IMG/VR virus record: IMGVR_UViG_3300048999_000018
Coordinates: 1-53,223 of that record
From: a virus
Taxonomy: Duplodnaviria > Caudoviricetes
Direction: 5' to 3' (one strand)
DNA length: 53,223 bases
Both the position numbers and the translations under genes were made by a program. The notes below the pieces were generated by a model. That model was not told the origin of the DNA. It saw only the letters and a program-made list of their open reading frames with translations, and did no database searches. This document shows, piece after piece, positions 15,863 to 25,400 of the stretch (the first letter of the stretch is position 1; each line of letters opens with the position of its first letter).

Positions 15863-18800
15863 CTAGCTCACGAAGTCCTCGAAATCACCGAACTTCTCAA
15901 TGGTCTTTCGAGCCTCATCGGCGAGACGCTCGAAATACATCATGTCGATGATGATATCGCTGTCGGGATCTCCGACTTCAATGGACGTCTCGATCTTGTC
16001 CTTGACCATCTCAGCTTCAAGCCAGAAATAGTCTTTAGTGCCGGCGACGGCATAAGGCTTTTCGTCCTTCACCCGAAGCAGTATTCCGCCACCAGAAGTC
16101 TGATCCACGGGGACGAACAGCCCAGTACGACCGACGAAGTGCATTCCCTCGTAGGAGAACATCGGCTTGTTCACCGCATCGAAGTCGAGGTACATCGCCC
16201 CTTCCTTTACCTGCTTGGTTTCGCACAGGTCCTCGAACTCGATGTCTTCGCCCGTGAAGAGCGTCTTGTAGACGAACGGGTGCTGGAACTGCTTGCCCAC
16301 CGCCGTCCACTTGCGCTCGTAAGCTCCGGGGGGATCTTCCTCCACGGTCTTAGCGATGTACACGGCTTCGTTCACCAGACAGAGATCGTTGTACGTTGCC
16401 TCGTGCTCGAAGTCGTATCCGTACTGCTTTCCGAACTCGACGACCTGAGCGATCATCTCCTTGTCGGCATCGGGAATCTTGATCGAGTCGGTCTTGATGT
16501 GAGCGACCGTGAAACCGCACTCCTGGACGAAGTGCTTGAGGTCGATCATGAACAGCGCACCACGCTTGGCCACGATGTTGTCAACATTCCTCTTGTCCCT
16601 GAAAGGATTCGGGAACGTTGCCGACGTGTAACCGTAGATCGAGTTGATCACGAGCTTCAGGGCGTCTGAGACAGCCTTGGCGTTACTGTCGTCCACCTCG
16701 ATGCCGGGGAGCATTTCTGCAGCCCTACGGAAGTCACCGTGCTTCACAGCAAGGCGAGCCTCGACCAAACGAGCGAACTTCTCGGTATAAGGGCCGAACA
16801 GGTTCAACTTGATGATCGAAGTGGGGTGCATCGACGCAACATCCAGAAGAACGACGTCCTTGTACATGCCAGGTTCGGCATAGACATAGCCGCCTTCCCC
16901 GACGGTCTCGCCTCGATAGGTGCTCTTTTCGAGCTTGTCGAAGGGATCGAACTTGTAACCCGGAAACTCCTTGCTCAGATCCGTGTATACGAAGTCTTTC
17001 TGAGGATCCCTGACGTTGCCGAATATGATCTTCTCGGCATGCTTGCGGGTCGTATCGTTGACTGTGAGCCCACTGAGATTCGCCATGATCTGACGAGCCA
17101 TGAGATCGTTCTTGCGATTCTCAAGCAAGACCTCAGTCGAGACAACATCGTTCGCGCAGTACTCGACAACCTTCGGCCACAGTTCCTTCGGGACCGGCTT
17201 GTCCCAAGGGTGATCCATCTCTTGATGATGAATGCCGAGCTTAATCTGCCACTTCTTCAGCCCCATTTTCTCAGAGGCGAAGTCGTAGATATCGGCGTAG
17301 GAGACGTTGTAGGCCTCACCGAACATGGCGTTCTGATTGCCCGAAATGATCTTCTGCGAGAGCTCGTAAAGCTCCTTGTTGTCGTACCCCATATACGCAG
17401 CCCACAGAATATGGTTGTCGTACTTGCGGTTGTTGAACCCCACCAACTTGTACTGGAGAAGTTGCTCGATTTCCTGAGCACCAGGGTTGATCATCTTTAC
17501 GACAGTCTTTGACCCCTGATATTTCCAGCACACGACGAAGAGGTTTGGGAAGACCTCGACGTCATAAATGACCAAGCGATCGTCCTTGATCTGAGGCTCT
17601 TGTTCCTCGCCGGCGTTTTCCTCAGACTTGAATTGCATCTTCAGAACAGTCTTCAAGCAGATCAACGGCTGATGAGAGCTGTTGTTGGCGAACGCCATGA
17701 TCCTAGGACGCAGATCAGTCACGTCATAGACGATCCCAGACTTGTGAGCATCGTCCAGAATCTTCTGAATGAAATCGATTGACGGCTTGGTGCCCGGGTG
17801 GATCTCCTTCCTCAGATTTCGGGCGATCAGGTCGCGGAGCCCCCTTTCGCTTTGGAGAGTGTTCTTCTCAAGCACTGGCTTCTTCTCCTTGAATGGGAGC
17901 CCGCTATTTATTGTTGCAACGGGCACATTGTTACATTTCGTCAGCTTGCGTCGGAGTGATGAGTTTCCGACATAGACCTTGATCTCGATTCCATCAGAAT
18001 ATACTGACGCAAGTTCCGAAACATCACCGTCGTAGGTATAGTGAAGATGAACACCACCCCCGGATTTGCTGAGCTCGGCATAGGTGGCGGGCCATACGGA
18101 CGCAGCCCCAAGATTTCGTTCGAGGGATTTCTCACCCTTGTCATCCTTCAAATCGAAATCGATCACGATGTGATTCTCTGGAACCTTGACGAAATGCAAC
18201 TTGGTCGTGTCGATATCAGAGAGCTTGGTCTTTACGTTCTCCCATTTCGACTTAGGAGTTTCCTCCTCGGTCCCATACTGAGCCGATTGATCTGCATACT
18301 CAATGTCAAAGATGGATTCGTCTTCGTCCATCACCAACGAATAAGTAGGCGGTTTCGTGATCGGCTCAACAGGAGTTCTGAAAGGTTGTGCTGTGAAGCC
18401 GACGAAATAACTACGCACATCCACGCCATCGACGTTATATCGATCACGAAAGTCCTCGAAGTAGTTTTTGAGTTCTTCGCGGAACTTATGCAAAGGAAGC
18501 TTGTAGTCGAGTTCGCTCTCCAGGCAGTACTCCTTGTACAAGACATAAGCCTGTTTCAGACTCGTGCCGTTCTGCTCTTTGAAGATATCGTAATTCGCTT
18601 CGATGAAGTTGAAGAACACATCCGTCTGGAGCATCATGTCCAGTGGGCGGTACGAATTGTAGTAGTTCTTCCCCATTTGGCGATAGACTCCGAGGCAGTG
18701 GTATGCAATTGCACCAAGCTCGAAATCGATTTGCGACATCAATGCGTAGTAGTGATCCGGATCAAACTTGTTGCCGGTAGGTTTCACGTCGATAAGACGG

Positions 18801-19666
18801 CGAATAAGACCAGACTTGGCGTCGGTGATCTTCACAGGCTTGTTGGTGCCCATGAACAACAGAGCGTGGATCTTCGCCATGTATCCGGGCTTGTACTTCT
18901 CGTTGATCAGCATGGCGTCGTGCCCAACAATCGAGTTGAGCTTGCTGTTGTCGTCGATCTTGGACAGATCGCCATCGTGCTGAATCGCAACGAGTGGGTT
19001 GCTCTTGAATGCTTCCGTGGAGAACGAGTTGTTGTTCCCCACGAGAGCCTTCGCCTCGAACATCGCCACATAGCCAACGAACAGCTTTTCGACGATCTTC
19101 AAGATGGTGGACTTACCTGTGCCACCGGGTCCGTAGAACACCAAGAACTTTTCGATCTTCTTGGCGTCACCAGAAATAACGGACCCGATAGCCCATTCGA
19201 TCTTTGCTCGTTCCTCTTCCGAGTAGAGGAATCCAACTAGCTCGTCCCAGGCCTTGATGTCACCTTGAGCGAGATTGTACGAAAGCCGGCGGCTGGTGTA
19301 ATCCGACTTCTTCACTTCTGTGTTGGCGAACGTCAATTTCATGTCAAGCTGATGAGAGTTATCGCTGACGTTCTTGCAGAACTTCTTGAACTGGTTCCAG
19401 CCGTTGTTGCTGTACTCTTCGAGATACTTCGGACTGCACGAAACCCCGTTTGCCCGCTGTTCCTCGGCGTACTTCTTGATCTCTTCATCCACAAGACGAA
19501 CGACGTCGTATTCGTCAGTGGACCAGAGTTTGGCTTCTTCGTCCCATATGGCATAGAACGATTGCCCCCGGACCATCAAGTCCTTGGATCTGCCGACAAC
19601 GAAATCGGGGCGCACCTCGACGATACCGCCCCGGACCTCTTTCGTGCTAATCCGAAAGAAATCCAT
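15863..19666 (-). CDS. SF3 helicase - primase - 3'-5' exonuclease - family B DNA polymerase fusion
   Basis: GPGGTGKST Walker A; VIDFD and SKSGGGVHLHY primase motifs; YDVE, GFNN.KYD and YC.ND exonuclease motifs; DVASMHP, KLVINSIYG and KTDS PolB motifs. Confidence 0.9.
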   Translation of the reverse strand: MDFFRISTKEVRGGIVEVRPDFVVGRSKDLMVRGQSFYAIWDEEAKLWSTDEYDVVRLVDEEIKKYAEEQRANGVSCSPKYLEEYSNNGWNQFKKFCKNVSDNSHQLDMKLTFANTEVKKSDYTSRRLSYNLAQGDIKAWDELVGFLYSEEERAKIEWAIGSVISGDAKKIEKFLVFYGPGGTGKSTILKIVEKLFVGYVAMFEAKALVGNNNSFSTEAFKSNPLVAIQHDGDLSKIDDNSKLNSIVGHDAMLINEKYKPGYMAKIHALLFMGTNKPVKITDAKSGLIRRLIDVKPTGNKFDPDHYYALMSQIDFELGAIAYHCLGVYRQMGKNYYNSYRPLDMMLQTDVFFNFIEANYDIFKEQNGTSLKQAYVLYKEYCLESELDYKLPLHKFREELKNYFEDFRDRYNVDGVDVRSYFVGFTAQPFRTPVEPITKPPTYSLVMDEDESIFDIEYADQSAQYGTEEETPKSKWENVKTKLSDIDTTKLHFVKVPENHIVIDFDLKDDKGEKSLERNLGAASVWPATYAELSKSGGGVHLHYTYDGDVSELASVYSDGIEIKVYVGNSSLRRKLTKCNNVPVATINSGLPFKEKKPVLEKNTLQSERGLRDLIARNLRKEIHPGTKPSIDFIQKILDDAHKSGIVYDVTDLRPRIMAFANNSSHQPLICLKTVLKMQFKSEENAGEEQEPQIKDDRLVIYDVEVFPNLFVVCWKYQGSKTVVKMINPGAQEIEQLLQYKLVGFNNRKYDNHILWAAYMGYDNKELYELSQKIISGNQNAMFGEAYNVSYADIYDFASEKMGLKKWQIKLGIHHQEMDHPWDKPVPKELWPKVVEYCANDVVSTEVLLENRKNDLMARQIMANLSGLTVNDTTRKHAEKIIFGNVRDPQKDFVYTDLSKEFPGYKFDPFDKLEKSTYRGETVGEGGYVYAEPGMYKDVVLLDVASMHPTSIIKLNLFGPYTEKFARLVEARLAVKHGDFRRAAEMLPGIEVDDSNAKAVSDALKLVINSIYGYTSATFPNPFRDKRNVDNIVAKRGALFMIDLKHFVQECGFTVAHIKTDSIKIPDADKEMIAQVVEFGKQYGYDFEHEATYNDLCLVNEAVYIAKTVEEDPPGAYERKWTAVGKQFQHPFVYKTLFTGEDIEFEDLCETKQVKEGAMYLDFDAVNKPMFSYEGMHFVGRTGLFVPVDQTSGGGILLRVKDEKPYAVAGTKDYFWLEAEMVKDKIETSIEVGDPDSDIIIDMMYFERLADEARKTIEKFGDFEDFVS

Positions 19667-19683
19667 CTACCCTCCTTTCATTA

Positions 19684-20211
19684 TCAGCTTAGTTCTACGA
19701 CGTAGGCACTTAGTTGATACCAGAGTTCTACGCCACGCTGATCCTCATCTGGGTGCTTCAAAGGGAAGAACCCACCATCACCATTTGGATTGTACGTACG
19801 CCAAATCACTTGATCAAGTTTGGCGTCGATGGTCTGGCCCGGAAGTTTACGTCGATCGTTGTATCTCTCAAGACCGAGGTTTTTCATCAACTCCCAGAAC
19901 CAATAATGGGGCTCACCTTCGGCCTCAAACGCAAGACGTCGGGAAAGCCCCACCATAAGTTCCAATACCGAACAACCCAGCCGCATCCAATCAGGATCTG
20001 GTTCTCCGAGTCCACGCTCATTTGCAAATTCTCGTCGGAGATCCTTTCCGTCTTCCATGCGGTTGTCGTCGTTCGGAATGAGCCAGAAGAACTCCTTGGA
20101 ATATAGCTGACGAAACAATTTCCAATAAGTTCTTGACGGGTTCTTGATCTCAACTGCAGTGACTTGGCCACAGAGCCATACAAAATATAGCTCGTCCAGT
20201 GGCTCATTCAC
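19684..20211 (-). CDS. Hypothetical protein upstream of the polymerase
   Basis: 175 aa, D.NR..DG..LR..F, GGFFPL, ELWYQL. Confidence 0.75.
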   Translation of the reverse strand: MNEPLDELYFVWLCGQVTAVEIKNPSRTYWKLFRQLYSKEFFWLIPNDDNRMEDGKDLRREFANERGLGEPDPDWMRLGCSVLELMVGLSRRLAFEAEGEPHYWFWELMKNLGLERYNDRRKLPGQTIDAKLDQVIWRTYNPNGDGGFFPLKHPDEDQRGVELWYQLSAYVVELS

Positions 20212-21035
20212 TAGTCAGCGCCTTGGTCAAGGACCTTCTCGGAGTACATCCCCATGTCCCGGACAATCTCGTAGTCGGTCCTGAAGCGCTCAGACCGAAT
20301 GTACAGCACGTTGGGGTCTCCGTCAGCTCCAGCGAGCTCGGCGAACTTCATCAGATTGGTGAGTCCGATGGTATCATTCACTCGTTCGAGCTGAATGTCA
20401 GCCTGGTTGGTCACCACACCATCGACATCATAGTAGGTCACCGTCTCCTGGTCGTAGTCCAGTTCAGCGCTCATGAATGTGTCCTGACTGATGACGTACG
20501 GAGCCTTGTGCTGGGGCGGGAGCTCCTCACCAGGGATATCCGACTTGAGAGGCACAATCGTACGAGCCTCGGGAACCTTGGGTGACTTCGACTTGCTTAC
20601 GTTGTTGTAGAACACCCGCTCGGGCTGCTTCTTCTCGGATCGAGGAGCAGGCTTCTCTTCGACGACTTCCTCGGTTGTCCTGCTCAGCTTCGGAGGCTCG
20701 TTGATTCCCGCGTAAGACAGAAGAGCGTCAGAAGCCTCTTCGACCATCGTGCTGGGTACGGTCTCTTCGGCGACCTCGTTCAAATCGACCGGCTTCTGCT
20801 TCTCCAAGGCCTTAATGAAACTCTCATCGCTAACGGCCGCAGCCATCAAGCTCTCTTCGAGCTTCTTCTCGTACAAGCCCTTGTAGAACTCCTTGGTCTT
20901 CTCCGTCTCCTCCTGCAGCATCTCGGCGTATACGTGCTCGAAACGCTTTTTGGTGGCGAAGTAGCCGAGTCCGACGCCGGCCGCGGAACACAGTGACGCC
21001 GTGGCGATTACGATTTGGTTCTGGGTGATCATCAC
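20211..21035 (-). CDS. Hypothetical protein with N-terminal membrane anchor
   Basis: Hydrophobic N-terminus, acidic body, PYVI...YY..DGV C-terminal domain. Confidence 0.75.
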   Translation of the reverse strand: MMITQNQIVIATASLCSAAGVGLGYFATKKRFEHVYAEMLQEETEKTKEFYKGLYEKKLEESLMAAAVSDESFIKALEKQKPVDLNEVAEETVPSTMVEEASDALLSYAGINEPPKLSRTTEEVVEEKPAPRSEKKQPERVFYNNVSKSKSPKVPEARTIVPLKSDIPGEELPPQHKAPYVISQDTFMSAELDYDQETVTYYDVDGVVTNQADIQLERVNDTIGLTNLMKFAELAGADGDPNVLYIRSERFRTDYEIVRDMGMYSEKVLDQGAD

Positions 21036-21979
21036 TCTTCTCCGTTCCCAAGCAAGTCGTAGACGATGCCGTCGACGTTGAAGTCCAAAATGGTAGACTT
21101 CTCTGCGCCGTTGACGAACTGCTGACCCATGTAACCATTGCGCTTGCCGTTGAGAACGCCGAAGTCAATGACGCTGTCTCCGCCACGAGGATTGTCACGA
21201 ACCCATCCGACGATAGCGCCGGCCTTGGTACGAGACAGACCCAGTGCGTCGTAGACCTCGTTCAGGAACACGTGGCCTCGACCGTTGAGCAGATCGTTCA
21301 TGTACATCTGCTGAGACCGGATGAACATGGAGTTGTACGAGGGTTCCGGAGACCAGTTGTCAGAAGCGCCCTTCTCGAAGATCCGAGCGTAGATCGAGGG
21401 GAACTGCTTCTTGTCGAGTTCACGAACAGTCTTGACCGCGATACCCTCATCGGTCTCGACGGCGATTTCCTTCTCGACTACGCCGAAGCGGAACTCCTGG
21501 TCCTTGTCCTCGCCGTACTCCTTGACGACACGTGCTCGGTAGTCCTTGAAGCCCTTCTCCACTGCAGCGTAAGCCGCGGTTAGAGCAGCATTCCGACGAG
21601 TCAGGATGACGTGAGATCCGGTCAGGCAGCCGACAGAGACGACACCGACAATGAACGCCGGCGCGTAGAGCTGAGCGATCTTCGACGCAGTCTTCACACG
21701 AACGAGAAGACGGTCCTTCTTGCTGTCCTCGTCAGTGTAGTCCTCGCGCTCAAGATTCTCGGCGGCCTTGATCTTGTTGTTATCTTCGTCGGCCTCCTTC
21801 AGAACCTGATCCATCTTGAGAGTTGCGTGGCTTGCGAGTACCACCGTGGCGACGAAGCCCACAGCTCCGACCCCGAATAGCAGCACCGGAGAGTGCTTCT
21901 GCGTGATCAGGACCTGTCGACCCACCTTGCTGGTGATCGAGTTCCTGAGAGCCTTGACGTTCAAGAGCTTTCCTTCCAA
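21032..21979 (-). CDS. DUF6353-like protein
   Basis: KHSP.LL..G.VG...AT.K, AAL.AAY...F..YR.RV, G.VFLNEVYD.LG, GW, LDFNVDG. Confidence 0.7.
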   Translation of the reverse strand: MEGKLLNVKALRNSITSKVGRQVLITQKHSPVLLFGVGAVGFVATVVLASHATLKMDQVLKEADEDNNKIKAAENLEREDYTDEDSKKDRLLVRVKTASKIAQLYAPAFIVGVVSVGCLTGSHVILTRRNAALTAAYAAVEKGFKDYRARVVKEYGEDKDQEFRFGVVEKEIAVETDEGIAVKTVRELDKKQFPSIYARIFEKGASDNWSPEPSYNSMFIRSQQMYMNDLLNGRGHVFLNEVYDALGLSRTKAGAIVGWVRDNPRGGDSVIDFGVLNGKRNGYMGQQFVNGAEKSTILDFNVDGIVYDLLGNGEE

Positions 21980-22158
21980 GAGTTTTCTTTCCTAACGGGA
22001 ATGCACGGGCAGTCGTCTTTTCCGCAGTTGTACCGAATGCCGCGGTAAATACATCCGCCGCGCTCTAGGTAGTCCTGGAAATCGAATCGATCGTAAAACT
22101 TGAGCAAGGCATCTCGGCTCATCACGCCTACGAAGACACCAACGAGGAACTTGAGCAA
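21961..22158 (-). CDS. Small hypothetical protein
   Basis: 65 aa, AGGAG RBS, hydrophobic N-terminus. Confidence 0.5.
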   Translation of the reverse strand: MLKFLVGVFVGVMSRDALLKFYDRFDFQDYLERGGCIYRGIRYNCGKDDCPCIPVRKENSWKESS

Positions 22159-22165
22159 CGTTCTC

Positions 22166-22816
22166 CTAGCTGATTACGGTGGTCCGGGGAAGGTTCAGCA
22201 AATATCCGTTACTTACACGACGCGCATCCGCGCCACGAAGATCTGTCCAGCCCCACTTCTCGTCTACGTAGCTTCCTTCGATTCCTACGAGCTCGTACAG
22301 GTCCGAAACGGAGACGGCGTTGTGCTTCTCCAGAAGCTCGTACATCCTGTCAATGACTCCCTCAGCCTCACTTCGAGTGGGGAGTATGATCTCATCGAAA
22401 TCATGAGAACCGCGTGCACGTCGGCTCATGGTTCGAGGTTCGTCTCGGCGATTCGAAGTGCTTGACTGACTCGAAGCGTACCGGTTGTTGTAGCTGGTGT
22501 AGCCACCGGTGGTTGGACGATGTCCGGTTCGACGGTTCGAAGATCGTACCTCGCCGAAAACCATCCGCTCCAAGCCCTGGGTGAATGCGTCCACTATCAT
22601 GTCCCTGGCTGCGGGGATCAAGACGTCAGCAAAGACATATTCCACGACGCTTTTGGTGTCGTCGCCAAAGAACATCTCCTTGAAACGAGCGCCCGTGGAC
22701 TTCTTGCGGCGGACAGCTTCGCCGGAAATGATCTTTTGCACCTTCTTCGCCGACTCTTCTTTGCCGGTTTCGGGTGCGATTTTTGGGTTTTGACTGTTGC
22801 TCGGGAACTCTTCCAC
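22166..22816 (-). CDS. Hypothetical protein
   Basis: 216 aa; VSVSDLYELVG...WGWTDL C-terminus resembles the DUF6353-like tails. Confidence 0.75.
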   Translation of the reverse strand: MEEFPSNSQNPKIAPETGKEESAKKVQKIISGEAVRRKKSTGARFKEMFFGDDTKSVVEYVFADVLIPAARDMIVDAFTQGLERMVFGEVRSSNRRTGHRPTTGGYTSYNNRYASSQSSTSNRRDEPRTMSRRARGSHDFDEIILPTRSEAEGVIDRMYELLEKHNAVSVSDLYELVGIEGSYVDEKWGWTDLRGADARRVSNGYLLNLPRTTVIS

Positions 22817-22835
22817 GTCTACCTCGATGCAAGGG

Positions 22836-22871
22836 AAAACTAAAAGACCATGTAATATAGTCTAGTAGTTT
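22836..22871 (-). terminator. Cassette 8 hairpin
   Basis: AAACTA.AGAC..GTCT.TAGTTTT after the stop at 22887. Confidence 0.55.
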
Positions 22872-22886
22872 GAGATGGTGGTACGG

Positions 22887-23129
22887 TCAGATCTTGGGCT
22901 TGACGTTCTTCTCCCACCAATTGACGATCTCGTCGATCTTGGCATCGGTGTACTTCTTCGTGGTATCGGCAGCCATCGTCCCTATGACCAACGAGGCAGA
23001 AGCGACAGCAATTCTGTCTGTCTTCTTCTCGAACTCGGTGTTCTTCTGGATGATGGAGCCGACGATCTTGGTAGTTCCGGCACCGACGACGAAACCGACA
23101 ACTCGCTTGGCGATATCGGTCTTGGTCAT
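22887..23129 (-). CDS. Cassette 8 small membrane-associated protein
   Basis: 80 aa with two hydrophobic stretches; AAAGGA RBS right after the repeat. Confidence 0.75.
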   Translation of the reverse strand: MTKTDIAKRVVGFVVGAGTTKIVGSIIQKNTEFEKKTDRIAVASASLVIGTMAADTTKKYTDAKIDEIVNWWEKNVKPKI

Positions 23130-23142
23130 GGTGATCCTTTCG

Positions 23143-23177
23143 TAGGGGTCTCATTATAGCCCCTGTTATTACTGCGA
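23143..23177 (-). promoter_or_regulatory. Promoter-like repeat, copy 8
   Basis: TCGCA-gtaata-ACA-ggggc-TATAAT-GAGACCCCTA. Confidence 0.8.
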
Positions 23178-23363
23178 GCCGTACTTGTCGAGGAACTGCT
23201 CTTTGGTCAAGATCGTAGAAGCCTTGTCGTCGATGATTCTCGGCTCCTTGACGTACGGGCGTTCCTTTAGCCAAGCAATCACTTCAACAGCAGAGCCCTC
23301 GTACAAATATCGCATGTGAGCATCTGCGATACCGAAGAGAGGAGGAAGACGCATATTCGTCAC
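23169..23363 (-). CDS. Hypothetical protein
   Basis: Related to the 7699 N-terminus and to 26487-26681. Confidence 0.6.
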   Translation of the reverse strand: MTNMRLPPLFGIADAHMRYLYEGSAVEVIAWLKERPYVKEPRIIDDKASTILTKEQFLDKYGSQ

Positions 23364-23545
23364 CTATTCGGGTATCTTGGCCGGCGAACCTTACCACAAG
23401 GCTTGTTCAGGCATTTTCCTGTAAGCCGATGCGTCAAAAGACCATCTGGACGGTTTTTTGATTGGATTCTCGTCCAACCGTTCTCGGTTTTTACGTGCCA
23501 TTCGTTCATGCCGAACTCTCGTTTCTTACGATGGATGCAGGGCAC
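23360..23545 (-). CDS. Small basic hypothetical protein
   Basis: 61 aa, GGGGA RBS, GTGA overlap with the next gene. Confidence 0.5.
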   Translation of the reverse strand: MPCIHRKKREFGMNEWHVKTENGWTRIQSKNRPDGLLTHRLTGKCLNKPCGKVRRPRYPNR

Positions 23546-23548
23546 ATG

Positions 23549-23672
23549 TTCCCCGAAAGGGGGAGTCGGCCTCGGCTGTCGTTTAAAATTAGCATCCGGA
23601 ATAAGATCCTGTGAGACCCCTCGGCGTGCGGGCAGGACCTTTGCTAATTCCCCACATCTTTTATCGGATGGT
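23549..23672 (-). ncRNA. Candidate structured RNA / leader
   Basis: Nested stems 23587-23594/23642-23649 and 23603-23611/23633-23641 (G-U pair only on the minus strand); 21-nt loop contains AGGGGUCUCA. Confidence 0.4.
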
Positions 23673-23673
23673 A

Positions 23674-24210
23674 CTAGGCGGCCTTATTCTTCCGCTGCAT
23701 GGCCGCGACGAGATGCGCCTTACTCATCTCCTTCGGGTCGGAGCCGGCGACGCGGGTGAACTGGTCATCCGTCATCTCCAGGAGAGCATCCATGGTGTAC
23801 TCCTTGGCGGCATCTCCTTCGGGCAACTCGTGATCAACGACCTTCTTGGCCATATCGGCAGGGATGATGCCTGTGATGAACTCGACGGCGCCGTCGGTCT
23901 GACTCACCAGGTCCATGAACAGTTCCGAGTACGCGTCGGACTGAAGGAACCCGTTGGTGATGTCTTCGGACTTGATGAAGCGCTTGCCGTCCTCGGACTT
24001 CTGACCCACGGACATTGATAGGATGCCCTTGAGAGCGGCGATGATCTTGCCGCCGTCCTCGGACTTGATCAGGTCCTGGAGATGCCCCGAAAGGCCTCCT
24101 GCGTGGCTGAGCTCCAACTCCACAAGCTCGGACTTGTTGAGGTTGAAGTAGAAGTCGTCAGTGACCGAATTACCTTCGAGGTCACTGTAGGTTATCGTTT
24201 TCTTGAGCAT
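23674..24210 (-). CDS. Probable tail assembly chaperone-like protein, displaced from the tail module
   Basis: MLKKTITY.D..G....DFYFNL.K.EL...S.DGKRFIKS.....F.Q..AYS.LFM.L pattern recalled from genes adjacent to the major tail gene in related phages. Confidence 0.55.
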   Translation of the reverse strand: MLKKTITYSDLEGNSVTDDFYFNLNKSELVELELSHAGGLSGHLQDLIKSEDGGKIIAALKGILSMSVGQKSEDGKRFIKSEDITNGFLQSDAYSELFMDLVSQTDGAVEFITGIIPADMAKKVVDHELPEGDAAKEYTMDALLEMTDDQFTRVAGSDPKEMSKAHLVAAMQRKNKAA

Positions 24211-24253
24211 GTTAGTGCCTTTCGGGTAATTGCTCGCGAGTCCGAATTAGGCC

Positions 24254-24538
24254 TTAGACCTCTTCGATGGCCTCGGTCTCGGCGGTGTCCTCCACCAGCG
24301 AACGGCTTCGGACCACACGACCCACGGCGAGCATCGCAACCGCCGACGCCACGAAGACGAGGACCTTGCGGTTCTTCTTGACGAGAGCCTTCGCCTTCTG
24401 AACGACCGTCTGGGTGTCGTCGCTGACGACGATCACAGTCTTGCCGTCCTCGGCCACATCGTCGACGACGGTCACCTGACTGGGGACAGAGATCTTCTTC
24501 TCGTCAGCAGCGGTCACGGTCGGCTTGGAGCTGTTCAC
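24254..24538 (-). CDS. Small membrane protein
   Basis: 94 aa, VLVFVASAVAMLAVG segment. Confidence 0.65.
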   Translation of the reverse strand: MNSSKPTVTAADEKKISVPSQVTVVDDVAEDGKTVIVVSDDTQTVVQKAKALVKKNRKVLVFVASAVAMLAVGRVVRSRSLVEDTAETEAIEEV

Positions 24539-24584
24539 AGTTGGTGCCTCTCGGGCTCAGTTTTTGTGTTGTGCAGGTGGTTGA

Positions 24585-25364
24585 TCAGTGAAGCCGGCTG
24601 TAGTTCCTTACCGGCCTGGCGCTGAACGTGATGGAGATGCATGGACGTCCATCGTCGGAGAGAGTTGTCGAGTAATCGACCTTGAGCAATTCGTCCGTGT
24701 TCCAGCCAATCTCATCGGACTCATCCGTGCGAGCAAGTCCGATCAGGTCGTAGTAGTCAGTCAACGGTGCGTACGTGTTGTTGATGACCTGTTCGTTGAT
24801 GTCATTCACGGCCTTTCGAAGCGTTTCCATGTCGCTTTTGAAATATCGGCCCGTGAATGCATCGAAGCAGAGTACCTCGTGTGGCATGAGGATGATTTCC
24901 TGCTTCGTGCTGGGGGTCTTATCGACCTTTTCCTGCGCGAGCTCGTCTCGAACCGTCTGCTCCTTCTTTTCCCCGAACTTCGCGAGTACCTTCCCCTTGT
25001 ACTCTTCGTAAGCCTTTTCGGAGAGAGAATATGCGGAAGCCAAAGCCGCCGCGCGACGTGTTCCGATGTGATTCGCGCTGATGATCGCCGTAATCGTCAG
25101 AGCTGCACTTGCCGCCGCAGGTACGTATAGCTTCCAGACGAGTTCGGCCTTCTCCTTGAACGGGATGTCTTCGAATTCGTCTTCGGTGTGTCCCTCAAGG
25201 AACTGGTTGCGCTCAAGAGCCAGTATCTCGGCTGCCTTGAACGAGGCCTTCCCAGTGAGATATGCGGTAGTGATAGCGCCGGTAACACCGATTGCCGTCA
25301 GAATCGCAGGAGTGTTGTCGCCGGCGAGTTTCCCGGCACGCTTGGCTAGTATGCCAAGATTCAT
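24585..25364 (-). CDS. DUF6353-like protein (paralogue of 21032-21979)
   Basis: P.ILT.IGV.G...TAYL..KA, AAALASAY.LSE, D..TGRYF.S, IGWN. Confidence 0.75.
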   Translation of the reverse strand: MNLGILAKRAGKLAGDNTPAILTAIGVTGAITTAYLTGKASFKAAEILALERNQFLEGHTEDEFEDIPFKEKAELVWKLYVPAAASAALTITAIISANHIGTRRAAALASAYSLSEKAYEEYKGKVLAKFGEKKEQTVRDELAQEKVDKTPSTKQEIILMPHEVLCFDAFTGRYFKSDMETLRKAVNDINEQVINNTYAPLTDYYDLIGLARTDESDEIGWNTDELLKVDYSTTLSDDGRPCISITFSARPVRNYSRLH

Positions 25365-25400
25365 GGTTGAGTCCTGTCTTGTTACCGGCCGGCGAGTGGG

